Positions 35,482 to 49,408 of a DNA stretch of 64,000 bases are shown in pieces. Positions within the stretch are counted from its first letter, which is position 1, and every line of letters starts with the position of its first letter. The position numbers were made by a program, and so were the translations under genes. The notes beneath the pieces are model-generated. The model saw only the letters and a program-made list of their open reading frames with translations, had not been told where the DNA came from and made no database searches. Origin of the DNA: Squalus acanthias (taxonomy: Eukaryota); contig JASTWF010000180.1 in assembly GCA_030390025.1 (NCBI GenBank), positions 186,001 to 250,000 on the forward strand. Reading direction: 5' to 3'.

Positions 35482-38440
35482 AACGTAAGAAATGAGAGTT
35501 GGAGTAGGTCATTTGGCCAATCGAGCCTGCTCCGCCATTCAATAAGATCATCTCCACTTTCCTGCACTATCCCCATATCCCTCGATTTCCTTAATAATCA
35601 AAAACCTATCGATCTCAGTCTTGAATATACTCAACGACTAAGCCTCCACAGTCCTCTGGGGAAGAGAATTCCAAAGATTTACCACCCACTGAGTGAAGAA
35701 ATTTCTCCTCATCTCAGTGCCAAATGGCCGACCCCTTATTCTGAGACTGTGACCCTTGATTCTAGAGACATAGAAACATAGAAGATAGGAGCAGGAGTAG
35801 GCAATTCGGCCACTCTAGCCAGCTCCGCCATTCAATGCGATCACAGCTGATCATCCAAATTCAGAACCCTGCCCCTGCTTTCGCCCCATAAACCTTGATC
35901 CCTTTAGCCTTAAGAAATATATCCAACTCCTACTTGAACATATTTAATGAATTGGCCTCTACTGCCTTCTGTGGTAGAGAATTCCACAGGTTCACCACTC
36001 TCTGGGTGAAGAAATTCCTCCTCATTTCTGTCCTAAATGGCTTACCCCTTAACCTTAGACTGTGACCCCTGGTTCTGGACTCCCCGACAATCGGGAACAT
36101 CCTTCCTGCATCTAGTCTGTCCAGTCCTGTCAGAATTTTATAAGTTTCGATGAGATCCCCTCTCATTCTTCTGAACTCCACTGAGTATAAGCCCAATCGA
36201 CCCAATCTCTCCTCATACATCATTCCTGCCATCCCAGGTATCAGACTGGTGAATCTTCGCTGAACTCCATCCATGGCAAGAACCTCCTTCCTCAGATAAG
36301 GCGACCAAAACTGCACACAATACTCTAGATGTGGTCTCACGAAGCCCCTGTACAACTGTAGCAAGACATCCTTGTTGCTGTACTCAAACCCTCTCGCTAC
36401 GAAAGCCAACATACCTTTTGCCTTCTTAACCGCCTGCTACACCTGCATGCTTACCTTCAGCGATTGCTGCACAAGGACACCCAGGTCTCGTTACACTTCC
36501 CCTTCTCCCAATCTATTGCCATTCAGATAATAATCTGGCTTTCTGTTTTTGACACCAAAGTGGATAACCTCGCATTTATCCACGTTAGATTGCATCTGCC
36601 ATGCTTCTGCCCAATCATCCAACCTGTCCAAATCATCCTGGAGTTTCTCGGCATCCTCCTCACAGCACACACGCCCACCCAGCTTTGTGTCGTCTGCAAA
36701 CTTGGAGATATTACATCTAATTCCCTTGTCTAGATCATTAATACATATTGTGAATAGCTGGGGACAAGGACCGATCCCTGCGGTCCCCACTAGTCACTGC
36801 CTGCCACTCGGGAAAAGACCCGTTTATTCCAACTCTTTGCTTTCTGTCTGCCAACCAGTTCTCTATCCAAGTAAATACCTTGCGCCTAATCCCATGTGCC
36901 TTAACTTTACACGCTAATCTCTTATGCGGGACCTTATCGAAAGCCTTTTGAAAGTCCAAATACACCACATCCACTGGTTCTCCCTTATCTATTTTACCAG
37001 TTACATCCTCAAAAAATTCCAGTAGGTTAGTCAAACACGATTTACCTTTTGTAAAACCATGTTGACTTTGTCCGATCCTGTCACTGTTTTCCAAGTGCTC
37101 TGCTATTACATCTTTTATAATGGATTCTAGCATTTTCCCCACTACCGATGTCAGGCTTTCCGGTCTGTAATTCACCGTTTTCTCTCTAACAACTTATTTG
37201 AATAGTGGGGTAACATTAGCTACCCTCCAATCCATGGGTACTGTTTTAGATTCCATTGTATTTTGGAAGATGACCAGCAATGCATCTACTATTTCCAAGG
37301 TCCACTTCCTTAAGTACTCTAGGATGTAGATTATCAGGCCCTGGGGATTTATCGGCCTTCAATCTCGCCAATTTCCCTAACACCATTTCCCTACAAATAC
37401 TGTTTTCTTTCAGTTCCTCCATTTCATCAGACCCTATGTGCCCCGACATTTCTGGGGAACATAGGGTCTGATGAAAGGGAGGAACTCCCCAGCCAGGGGA
37501 ATCATGCTCGCTGCATCTACCCTCTCAAGCCCTGTAAGAATTTTGTATGTTTCAATGAGATCGCTTCTCATTCTTCCGAACTCTAGAATATAGGCCGAGT
37601 CTACTCAAGCTCTCCTCATAGGACAATCCCCCCATCCTAGGAACCAGTCTGGTGATCCTTCGTTGCACTGCCTCTATGGCAAGTATATCTTTCCTTAGGT
37701 AAGGAGATCAGAACTGTACACAGTAGTCCAGGTGTGGTCTAGCCAGGGGCCCTATATAATTGCAGTAAGACGGCTGTACTCTTATACACAAATACTCTTG
37801 TAAAAATGACAACATACCACTTGCTTTCCTAATTCTGTGCTGTACCTGCATGTTAACTTTCAGTGATTCATGTACAAGGACACCCAGGTCCCTCTGAACA
37901 CCAACATTTCCCAATCTCTCAACATTTCAAAAACTCTGCTTTTCTATTTTTCCTACCAATGTTGATAACTTCACATTTCTCCACATTATATTCCATTTGC
38001 CAAGTTCTTGCTCACTCACTTAGTCTGTTTATATCCCCTTGAAGACTCCTCACATCCTCCTCGCAACTTACATTCCCACCCAGCTTTGTAACATCAGCAA
38101 AGTTGGACATATTACATTTGGTCCACTCATCCATATCATTGATGTAGATTGTGAATAGCTGAGGTCCAAGCATTGATCCTTTCGGTAACCCACTAGATAC
38201 AACCTGCCAACCCGATAATGAGCCTTTTATTCCTACTCTCTGTTTCCTGTCCGTTAACGAATCCTCAATCCAAGCTAGTATACTATCCCCAATCCCATGA
38301 GCCCTAATTTTCTTCAAGAACCTCTTGTGTGGTACCTTATCGAATGCCTTCTGAAAATACAAATGCACCAAATCCATTGGTTCCCCCTTATCTATACTGC
38401 GAGTTACAACCTCAAAAAATTCTAACAGATTTGTCAAACA
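35482..38440 (-). mobile_element. Nested CR1 LINEs (inner about 35768-37486), paralogous to 9022-11518
   Basis: NYRPESLTSVVGKMLE, YLDFQKAFDKVPH, KFADDTKLGG; host flank (GCACGGCAAACGG) resumes at about 38441. Confidence 0.9.
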
Positions 38441-39657
38441 CGCACGGCAAACGGATAAAAAGTGATTGCTTTAAAATATCAATCTACAGTGTAGACGGAG
38501 ATAGGTCTTTTGGGGAAGACTCCAATAATTCTAATAACGTTATTAAACATTTCTCACTGTTAAAGACACTTGCACATGCTCAAACTAACAATCTGCATTA
38601 TAAGTAGATTCCAGTGGTAAAAATCAGGACAAAATTAGAAGCTGCAAACGAACTTTAATGGCTTATAACCTGTAAGAACAGACGTGGTGTGTTCCAGGCT
38701 CCGGGCCAGATAGATAGAGGAACCGACTGAATAAAAAAGTCTAATATGGAAGATATAAGAAAAGACGAGATAGTGAGGTTCAAACCGTATAAAGAACCAA
38801 GTACAAAGACGAGGTAACGCCGTACAGACTCATTACAGAGAATTTCATAATTTACAAGAAGTTTTAATGGGTTAACGTGTTACGTATTAATTATGGGGTG
38901 TTGACATGTTATCATCACGTTACTTAAACGTTACTAAGACTATAACACAAAAGATCAAAACACTTGAAAGGTACAAGCTTGAGGCAGTCAAGGAACAAGA
39001 GGTTAACGCTGCTCCCAATAGGAACGAGAAATATCAGTTCTATTGCATCTATTGCCTTAGCTGGTAAGATTGTTAGCAACCTGAATTATTAACTGTGCTT
39101 TGTCTTGTACTAAAGAAAACTGCTTCATTACCACAACCGTTTTGGCACAGTCGCCTTCTGAATGTCCGAATGTGACTTGGAAACAGTACTTCACCGAATT
39201 GAAGACAAAATGACCGGGGATCAATCCTGACTTATTCCACTAGATGGCAGCAAACACCCAGGAATCACGCGTCCGAACTTGTCTGGAAACGTCGATCTCT
39301 GCCCGTGTTATTCAGGAGTTAACACATACAATCGACCAATAACGACCGAACTAAGGTTACTGGAGATAAGGTCAGCCACCGGCTGGTCTGGCACCTGTTT
39401 ATCAGCAACTCCGTGATTTCCAATCTTCCAGAACTATCAGAAATCAATCAGGTTAAATTGCTGAATTCATCTGTCCAGGGAAGCCAAATCACGGTGATTG
39501 ACTTTGGGCGGAAATCGATGATTGAACACCGTTGCAGAACTGCTGCTGGTAATTTCTTCACTTGAAATCAGGTTGACGATAACACTTGGATGATGCAACA
39601 CACGATCTGCAAGAAAATACATTATTTGGGGATTATTGGTCGCAATCCAGCAATTTC

Positions 39658-40820
39658 TGTACTAGACCATGTACTTGTTTATATTACACTAGACCCTGTC
39701 GATATTTGTATTACACTAGATCCTGTCTCTGTTTATATTACACTAGACCCTGTCTCTGTTTATATTACACCAGACCCTGTCTCTGTTTATATTACACTGG
39801 ACCCTGTCTCTGTTTATATTACTCTAGACCCTGCCTCTGTTTATATTACACCAGACCCTGTCTCTGTTTATATTACACTAGACCCTGTCTCTGTTTATAT
39901 TACACTAGACCCTGTCTCTGTTTATATTACACTAGACCCTGTCTCTCTTTATGTTACACTGGACTATGTCTCTGTTTATATTACACTCGCCCTGCCTCTG
40001 CTTATATTGCACTAGACCCTGTCTCTCTTTATATTACACTAGACCCTGTCTCTGTTTATGTTACACTAGACCCTGTCTCTGTTTATATTACACTAGGCCC
40101 TGTCTCTGTTTATATTACACTGGACCCTGTCTCTTTTTATGTTATACTAGACCCTGTCTCTGTATATATTACACTAGACCCTGTCTCTGTTTATATTACA
40201 CTTGACCCTGTGTCTGCTATTAATACACTAGACCCTGTCTCTGTTTAAATTACACTAGACACTGTCTCTGTTTATACAACACTAGACCCTGTCTCTTTTT
40301 ATATTACACTATGCCCTGTCTCTGTTTATATTACACTCGAACATTTATCTGTTTATATTACACTGGACCCTGTCTCTGTTTATATTACACTGGACCCTTT
40401 CTCTGTTTATATTACACTAGACCCTGTATCTGTTTATATTACACTGGGCCCTGTCTCTGTTTATATTACACTCGAACATTCCTGTGTTTCTATTAAACTG
40501 GACCCTGTCTCTGTTTATATTACACTAGGTCCTGTCTGTGTTTATATTACAGTAGGCACTGTCTCTCTTTATATTTCACTAGACGCTGTCTCTGTTTATA
40601 TAACACTAGATGCTGCCTCTGTTTATATTACAGTAGGGCTTGTCTCCGCTGTTACTGCACTAGACGCTGTCTCTGTTTATATAACACTAGATGCTGCCTC
40701 TGTTTATATTACAGTAGGGCTGGTCTCAGCTATTGCTTCACTCGACCATGTCTCTGTATTTATATTACACTAAGCCCAGTCTTAGTTATTAGGACACTAG
40801 ACCATGCCTCTGTTTATATT
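39658..40820. repeat. 27-bp minisatellite, about 43 copies
   Basis: Unit ACTAGACCCTGTCTCTGTTTATATTAC; source of the spurious YYTRPCLCL / ITLDPVSVY ORFs. Confidence 0.95.
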
Positions 40821-40850
40821 TCACCGTTGTACAACTAATTTTAAATACAT

Positions 40851-40920
40851 GCGCGGTTCGACTGAGAGTTTCTGGGGCGGAGCTGTCAGACGGCGCCGTG
40901 TATTACTGCGCGCTGAGTGG
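40851..40920 (+). pseudogene. Family-B V 3' remnant B4
   Basis: AVRLRVSGAELSDGAVYYCALSG directly after the minisatellite flank; RSS CACAACT-23-CCAAAAACT at 40921-40959. Confidence 0.85.
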
Positions 40921-42136
40921 CACAACTGCACAGCTCTGTGCCCGTCCTGTCCAAAAACTGCAGCGCACCGCGTGTAGATAAACATGTGTGTGGCCTGAAT
41001 ACCCGCCTGTGATGGTTTCAATCGGAGAGTTACTGTCAGGACATAATATTCCCACAGGACAGCTGACAACAGCTCTGAATAGTGGAGTATGATTGTAGAT
41101 TTCATTCACTCTATACTGAGGGATGAACAGAGGAAACGCGCGCAGGTTTAATAGGCCAATGTACCGTGTAATGTCTTTTCAATTTCAAGTTTCCCTCTCA
41201 CTGCCGCTGTGCTTTTTTCATTTTCACACCCCTTAAACCAGCACAGAAGTGTGCAGCTTTGCTTCGGTTTGGATTATATTCAAAGGGCTCTAAAGCTTCC
41301 CTTTTCTGAGTGTTGGTTTAATTTCTGTCGGTGTGTGACGGCTCCCCGAGAGCAATAATTGCATTCTCCTGTAACATTCGTGTTTACACCGAGATGTCCA
41401 CTCTGTGGTAGAATTCCTCTGGTTGCTACTCCTAGTGACATAGTGAACGCGTTCTAAAAGAATGAATGAGGATTCTCCTAAACTAGCGATCAGACGAGAT
41501 TTCCCGCTGTTTTGGGATGTCGCTACGGCAGGGTGACCAGATGAAATCATCCCCTTGTTTGTCCCCAGCAGAAGGTAAATCAAACCCGACCTCCTGTCTA
41601 CCACCTCAGTCTGATTACTGACAGTGAGAGAAACAAACTCAGCATTTTTATCAACATTCAGATAGTTCTTACCACTTTGAAGTTACTTTCATCAGAGATC
41701 AAGCTGTCTCTCAGTTCAATTAGTGATCAAGCTGTCTCTTGGGTCATTTGGAGAGCAATCTGGCTCGGGTCCGTTAGAGATCAAGATGTCTCTCACGTCA
41801 ATTATTAATTAAGCTGTCTCTTTTTATTAGTGTTTCTCGCTCCGATCAGCAGAATGTGACGTTGGTGGATGACTCCGTTCTCTGCGATAAACACACACTT
41901 GTGGTTCAAGGAAATGACGTCTGGCCAGCCCGAGCCGGCGCTCTCAGCTCTTTCTGATTGAAGTTCTGCAGAAAATGACGTCAGACCAGCCCGAGCCGGC
42001 GCTCTCAGTTTTTCTGATTGATGTTCTGCAGGAAATGAGGTCCGACCAGCCCCAGCCGGCGCTCTTGGCTTAATCTATTTGACGTTCTGCAGGTTTCTGA
42101 GACACAAAAATAACCTCGAATTACGGAGTAGCAGCC

Positions 42137-43199
42137 ATGCAGTTCTCCTTTCTCGCTGTGGTCTGGCTGACATTCATGTTCGGTGAGAAGTTTATAACTT
42201 CTAAAAGGCTTTCATTTCTCGAGGAATACAATTGAAATCCAGAGAAGTTGTATTAGCTTTTGGTTAGACAATATTTGTCCCGTGAACAGGTCTGATCTCC
42301 ATATTATAAAAAATATATAACGGCACTGCAAATGTTCAAGAAAATGACAAGGATGATACAAGAACTGAGAAATTATAACTATCAGCAAAGACAAGGCAAG
42401 CTGGGGCTCTTTTCTTTAGAAATGAGAAGGCTGAGAGGTGACCTGAAAGAGATCTTTAAAATTATAAAGGGATTGATAGGATAGACGTAGAGAATATGTT
42501 TTTACTTGTGGGTCATTCCAAAACTAGTGGCCAGAAATATAAGATAATCACAAAAATTCCATAGTGAATTCTGGAGAAACTTCTTTACCCAGAGAGTGGT
42601 GAGAATGTGGAACTCGTTACCACAGGGAGTGGTTGAGACGAATAGTATAGATACATTTAAGGGGAGGCTGGATTAGTAGACGAGGCAGAAAGGAGCAGAA
42701 AGATATGCTGGTAGGGTTAGATGAAGGGTGGGTGGGAGTATACACACGGACATAGATCAGTTGGCCGAATGACCTACTTCTGTTCTGTAAATTCTGTTTA
42801 ATTTTATGTAAAACTCTCTGCGCATTTTCAACGTCAGTTGCTTAAATTTGAATCTTTAACCGATGAATTCCGCTTTCTTTAACCGTGTGTTCCAGATCTG
42901 AGCGATGGAGATTCTGTGACTCAGCGGGAGTCCTCGCTCACACAGACAGAGGGAGAAGATGCCACATTAACCTGCACCTATCCCGGCGATGGTTATGACT
43001 TATTCTGGTACCGCCAATACCCAGGCAGACAGCCCGAGCTTGCAGTCCGGAGGCACACGAGCGGCAGTTATGAATATCAGGCGGATTTCGCTCGAGGCCG
43101 CTTTTATGATGCAATCCGGCAGTCAGAGAAGTTGTACCGATTGACCATCTCGGGTCTGCGGCTGACTGACACCGCGGTGTATTACTGTGCACTGAGTCT
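42137..43199 (+). CDS. TRAV/DV: TCR alpha/delta V segment A6, apparently functional (leader 42137-42182, V exon 42896-43199)
   Basis: Leader MQFSFLAVVWLTFMF with GTGAG donor; open V; RSS CACAGTG-23-ACAATAACT at 43200-43238. Confidence 0.92.
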
Positions 43200-43523
43200 C
43201 ACAGTGATGGGAATGAGTTGAAGCCTCGTACAATAACTGCCGCAGGTTTCTGGGTCACAGCTGCTGTCTATTGTGGGCTGTTTATCACAGCGGATCAGAC
43301 ACTGACTCGTGAATACATTCCTGTGCGCGCAGACCCCGAGCAGAAACCATATAAAACCGTTTACATCGAATACTGGTACCACCTGATTATTGGATTAACT
43401 GTGTGAGGGCAGAAATGGCTGCTGTTTATTTGTGTATCTCTGGGAAATCGCCAGTCCCATTGAGAATAAACACACATGCGGGTTACTGGAACTGGTTATA
43501 TCGATGCACCGCTGCTTCGGATA

Positions 43524-44540
43524 TAACATAAGAAATAAGAGCCCGGAGTAGGCCATTTGACCCATCGAGCCTGCTCCGCCATTCAATAAGATCATCTCCA
43601 CTTTCCTGCACTATTCCCATATCCCTTGATTTCCTTAATAATCAAAAATCTATCGATCTCAGTCTTGAATATACTCAACGATTAAGCGTCCACAGTCCTC
43701 TAGGGTAGAGAATTCCAAAGATTCAACACCCTCTGAGTGAAGAAATTTCTACTCATCTCATTCCCAAATGGCCGACCCCTTATTCTGAGACAGTGACCCT
43801 TGGTTCTAGACTCCACAGCCAAGGGAATCATCCTCGCTGCATCTACCCTCCCAAGCCCTGTAAGAATTTTGTATGTTTCAATGAGATCGGCTAACATTCT
43901 TCTAAACTCTAGAGAATATAGGCCGAGTCTACTCAAGCTCTCCTCATAGGACAATCCCCCCATCCTAGGAACCAGCCTGGTGAACCTTCGTTGAGCTGCC
44001 TCTATGGCAAGTATATCTTTCCTTAGGTAAGGTGATCAGAACTGTACACAGTAGTCCAGGTGTGGTCTCACCAGGGTCCTATATAATTGCCGTAAGACGG
44101 CTGTACTCTTATACACAAATCCTCTTGTAAAAATGACAACATTCCACTTGCTTTCCTAATTGCTTGCTGTACCTGCATGTTAACTTTCAGTGATTCAGGT
44201 ACAAGGACACACAGGTCCCTCTGAACAGCAACATTTCCCAATCTCTCAACATTTAAAAAATACTCTGCTTTTCTATTTTTCCTGCAAAAGTGTATAACTT
44301 CACATTTCTCCACCTTATATTCCATTTGCCAAGTTCTTGCTCGCTCACTTAGCCTGTTTATATCCCGTTGAAGCCTTCTCACATCCTCCTCCCAACTTAC
44401 ATTCCCACCCAGATTTGTAACATCAGCAAAGTTGAATATGTTACATTTGGTCCGCTCATCCATATCATTGATGTAGATTGTGAACAGCTGAGGTCCAAGC
44501 ACTGATCCTTTCGGTAACCCACTAGTTACAGCCTGCCAAT
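43524..44540 (-). mobile_element. CR1 LINE (outer element without the nested insertion)
   Basis: LGPQLFTIYINDMD, QRDLCVLV, FFTQRVLNLWNSLP. Confidence 0.9.
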
Positions 44541-45579
44541 GAAAATGAGGACAAAATTAGAAGCTGCCAACGAACATTAATGGACTGATAACCTGTAAGA
44601 ACAGACGTGGTGTGTTTCAGGCTCCGGGCCAGATAGATAGAGGAACCGACTGAATAAAAAAGTCTAATATGGAAAATATAAGAAAAGACGAGATAGTGAG
44701 GTTCAAACCGTATAAAGAACCAAGTACAAAGACGAGGTAACGCCGTACAGACTGATTGCAGAAAATTTCATAATTTACAAGAAGTTTTAATGGGTTAACG
44801 TGTTACGTATTAATTATGCGGTGTTGACATGTTATCATCACGTTACTCAAACGTTACTAAGAGTATAACACAAAAGATCAAAACTCTTGAAATGTACAAG
44901 CTTGAGGCAGTCAAGGAACAAGAGGTTAACGCTGCTCCCAATAGGAACGAGAAATCTCAGTTCTATTGTATCTATTGCCTTAGCTGTTAAGATTGTTAGC
45001 AACCTGAATTATTAACTGTGCTTTGTCCTGTACTAAAGAAAACTCGTTCATTACCACAACCTTTTTGGCACAGTCGCCTTCTGCATGTCCGAATGTGACT
45101 TGGAAACAGTATTTCACCGAATTGAAGGCAAAATGACCGGGGATCAATCCTGACTTATTCCACTAGATGGCAGCAAACACCCAGGAATCACGCGTCCGAA
45201 CCTGTCTGGAATCGTCGATCTCTGCCCGTGTTATTCAGGAGTTAACACACACAATCGACCAAAAACGACTGAACTAAGGTACTGGAGATAAGGTCAGCCA
45301 CCGGCTGGTCTGTCACCTGTTTATCAGCAACTCCGTGATTTCCAATCTTCTAGAACTATCAGAAATCAATCAGGTTAAATTGCTGAATTCATCCGTCCAG
45401 GGAAGCCAATTCACGGTGATTGACTTTGAGCGGAAATCGATGATTGAACACCGTTGCAGAACTGCTGCTGGTGATTTCTTCACTTGAACTCAGGTTGACG
45501 ATAACAGTTGGATGATGTACCACACGATCTGCAAGAAAATACATTATATGGGGATTATTGTTCGCAATCCAAACAATTT

Positions 45580-46750
45580 CTGTACTAGACCATGTCCCTG
45601 TTTATATTACACTAGACCCTGTCTATATTTGTATTACACTAGACCCTGTCTCTGTTTATATTACACCGGACCCTGTCTCTGTATATATTACACTCGACCC
45701 AGTCTCTGTTTATATTACACTGGACCCTCTCTCTTTTTATATTACACTGGACCCTGTCTCTGTTTATATTACACTAGACCCTGTCTCTGTTTATATTACA
45801 CTCGAACATTTCTCTGTTTATATTACACTAGACCCTGTCTCTGTATAAATATTACACTCGACCCTGTCTCTGTTTATATTACAATAGACCCTGTCTCTGT
45901 TAAAATTACACTAGACCCTGTCTCTGTTTATATTACAATGGACCCTGTCTCTGTTTATATTACACTGGACCCTGTCTCTGTTTATTATACTCCAGACCCT
46001 GTCTCTGTTTATATTACACTCGACCCTGTCTCTGTTTATATTACACTCGAACATTTCTCTGTTTATATTACACTAGACCCTGTCTGTGTTTATATTACAC
46101 TAGGCCCTATCTCTGTTTTTATTACACTCGGCCCTGTCTCTGTTTATATTATAATCGAACATTTCTCCGTTTATATTAATCTAGGCCCTGTCTCTGTTTA
46201 TATTACACTAGATCCTGCCTCTGTTTATATTTCACTCGGCCTTGTCTCAGCTACTGCTGCACCAGTCAATGCCTTTTTCTATATATTTCACTAAGCACTG
46301 TCTCAGTTATCTCTGCAGTGGGCCATGCCTGTGTTTACGTAACACTAGACCCTGTCTCAGTTATCAATGCACTACACCATGTCTCTGTTTATATTACACT
46401 ATTCTCTGTTTCAGTTATCACTGCACTAGAACCTGTCTTTGTTTATTTAACACTAGGTCCTCTCTCTGTTTATATTACACTAGGTCCTGTCTCTGCTTAT
46501 ATTGCACTACACGCTGTCCCTGTTTATATAACACTAGATGCTGCCTCTGTTTATATTACAGTAGGGCTTGTCTCCGCTATTACTGCACTAGACCATGTCT
46601 CTGTTTATATTACACGAGACTATGTCTCTGTTTATTTTACAATAGGGCTGGTCTCAGCTATTGATGCACTCGACCATGTCCCTGTTTTGGTATTACACTA
46701 AGCCCAGTCTCAGTTATTACGACACTCGACCATGCCTCTGTTTATATTTC
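45580..46750. repeat. 27-bp minisatellite, second array
   Basis: Same unit and same unique flanks as 39658-40820. Confidence 0.95.
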
Positions 46751-47799
46751 ATCGTTGTGCAATTCATTTTAAATACATGTGCAGTGAGACAGAGAGTTTA
46801 AAAATAGAGACATTCATCAACCTGACTGTAGGGCGTTGGCTCGGACCTCTCCTGATATAGCAGAGGATTGCAACTCAACCCCCCCATTCGCCCAGTCCAG
46901 AGACCCTCACCTACTATGTAACAGCTGTCTGCATCTCAGACTTCGCCTTCCACGTATGGCAGTGTCCATGGTAAGACGGTCTGTAGCCGGTGGTTTGGGG
47001 GGTGCGGTGATTGTCCGTCTTCCATGTGGCAGTATCCTGAGTGGTTCCTACCTGAGCCTGTGTGGCACCTCTCCCGCTCGGATCCGGGTCTGAGCGTTGC
47101 TACCTGGGCAAAAACGTTCAACCATTGAGTACAGACAGGCACTGAGCTGAGCCACCGTGAGGGCCCTTAAAACCCTGCACAGGTACATTGCTCAGATCTT
47201 CCTTTCATTCAGTCACTTCCATTGTCCTTTTTCATCAGTTTATTTGTTTTATTTTAACCAGCTGTTTATTTTTCTGTTACCTGTCTGTTCATTTTCCTCT
47301 GTTTCCAATGATTTTCACCATCTGTTCTGCTAATTTCTCCCCATCTCCCTCATTCCCTATGCTTTCCACAGATTCCCCCCCATTCCCATGTCCCCAGGTG
47401 ACACCGTGCAGTGTGCAGTCCGTGTGAGTATCCCTGAGATTCAGTCTCTCTGGCCCTGTGTCCGTGTGAGTCACTCTACCTCAGTCAGGCTGTGTTTTCT
47501 CAGCCCTCTCATTGTCCATTTGTATTACACAGAACAGTTCCGACCCCTTTGCCCCGCTGCACGGCTTCAGGGGTCATCCCAATGCTGGAATAGTCAGCAC
47601 AACCTTTATTAACCTGTTCCCTTTCTGTGACTTTATATTTATAAATACACGTCTGGTTCAATCTCGCACTGTTGGTGTCTCTCTGTATGACTGTACTCAG
47701 TCACACCTTTAGCTCTCTCCCTTATTTTGGTGTCTCTCTGCATCACTCACTGTACTCAGTTTCACCTTTATCTATCTCCCTCTTTTGGGTAGCTCGCTC

Positions 47800-48100
47800 A
47801 AAGTGTACAGACAGACTAAGGGCTGATCTATGGAGGTGGTTGCATTCACCTGCACAGCTCCATTGCTCCAATCTTCAACCATGGAGGACAGACAGACCCT
47901 GAGCTGGACCACTGTGGGAAGCCTCCCTCACCTGTATCGGTACAATGCTCTGATATTTAAGCATGGAGAGCAGGCATTGGTGGGGCTGATCCGCCGTGGG
48001 GGGCTCAATCACCTGCACAGTTCCATTGCTCAAATTTTTAACCATGGAGGACAGACAGGCACTGGGCTGATCCACCGTTTGGGGCTCACGCACCTGCACA
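47800..48100. repeat. Degenerate tandem repeat of about 81 bp, with an inverted copy at 48759-48868
   Basis: CATGGAG..CAGACAG..CTG.GCTG motif at 47880, 47962 and 48043. Confidence 0.65.
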
Positions 48101-48956
48101 AGTACGAATCCTGAGGGAGCAGCGAGAAACATGTGACCACGGCGCCCTCTGGCGGATATGATGAGAACATTTACACTGTTCGTATACTGGGTGAAAACAC
48201 ACTGTAAGCGCATCTATGGGGACATTTCCCGCGCCTTATTTGGGGAGATGTTTCGCTGACGCTGGTGCAGTGGCAAATGTCTTGCTTTGTACATGAATAC
48301 TTACAGGACAGAAACATTAATCAAATGAATTGGAGCTTGCAAATTCACAGCTTCCGATCGCAGATTTGACCCTTTCTAATCTGCACAACAAGCAACAATA
48401 ACCCACAACCCACATTCACAACAGCTGACTTTCATTTAATTTCAGTTCAACTTGCTACGAATGTCCGTGATCTTTATGTGCATGCTCCAGACAGTAAGAG
48501 TGTTTTTCCTCCTGCATTTCCCAGTTTCGGTGATTCCTTTCTCCGTGTAGTTGCACTGGGATAACCCTGCTGCAGACTGGCTCCCCTACTCGGGGAGAAG
48601 AAATAATTGAGGCCCAAACAGGCCGCTGGCCTCCTGTTTGTCAGTCATCAGCCTTGTTACATCTATAAAGGCCTTTCGCTCATCTACCTACATTTGTATG
48701 TATAAAAATATATATGTATATTTATATATATATACCTATGCAGATAGATGAGTGAAAGGAGCATTGTACCATACAGGTGAGGGAGGCTCCCCGCGGTGGA
48801 CAAGCTCAGTGTCTGTCTGTCCTCCATGGTTAAAGATTTGAGCAAAGGAGCTGTGCAGATGAGTGAATATATATTTTATATACATACATATTTATAATTA
48901 ATGCAGCTAAATATGTATTAATATAAACAGTTTAAAGTCTAATCTACAAGAACCAG

Positions 48957-49408
48957 GTGTCAGCCGTGGCTCAGTTGGTAGAACTCATGCCTCTGAGTCA
49001 GAATGTTATGGGTTCAATTCGTATTGCAGGGATTTGAGCACAAAATCTGGGCAGACCCTCCCGGCGCCAATACTGAGGGGGTGCTGCACTCTCAGGGGTG
49101 CTATCTTTCGAATGAGACGTTATACCTCGCGCTATCTGCCCTCTCAGGCAATTTAATAGACCCCACTATTTTGAAAAAGAGCAGAGGAGTTCTCCTCAAA
49201 TGCTGACCAAAATTTGTCCCTCAATCAGCATCACTAAAGCATATTATCTGGTCATTATGATATTACTGTTTGTGGGAGCTTGCTGCACGCTAATTGGCTG
49301 TCGCGTTTCCTACATTACAACAGTGGCTACACTTCAAAAGTACTTCATCGGCTGTTAAACATTTTGGGACGCCGTGACAGGCCTCTATCAATACTCTTTC
49401 TTTCTTTA
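48957..49408 (+). mobile_element. tRNA-derived DeuSINE (SacSINE1-like)
   Basis: A box TGGCTCAGTTGG, B box GGTTCAATTCG, Deu-domain-like core (ATTATCTGGTCATT...GTTTGTGGGAGCTTGCTG...TTTCCTACATTACAACAGTG) and (TTTC)n tail; family assignment from recall, not a database search. Confidence 0.78.

Noticed and set aside
38671-39207. Possible solo LTR (TGT...ACA ends, AATAAA)
   Set aside because: No target-site duplication and no PBS, PPT or internal sequence; cannot be supported without a database search
39586-46701. Long Cys/Tyr-rich ORFs (YYTRPCLCL, ITLDPVSVY repeats)
   Set aside because: They are translations of a 27-bp minisatellite whose unit is a multiple of three and lacks stops in two frames; no gene structure
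46779-46830. TGTGCAGTGAGA-CAGAGAG resembling a V end (CAVR) plus heptamer
   Set aside because: No upstream V homology, heptamer lacks CAC, and no nonamer
46911-47174. Minus-strand exon-like segment bounded by TGCAG and GTGAG
   Set aside because: Stops in all three frames and no recognisable protein motif
48957-49030. tRNA gene
   Set aside because: A and B boxes belong to a SINE head; no complete cloverleaf, and it continues into a SINE body
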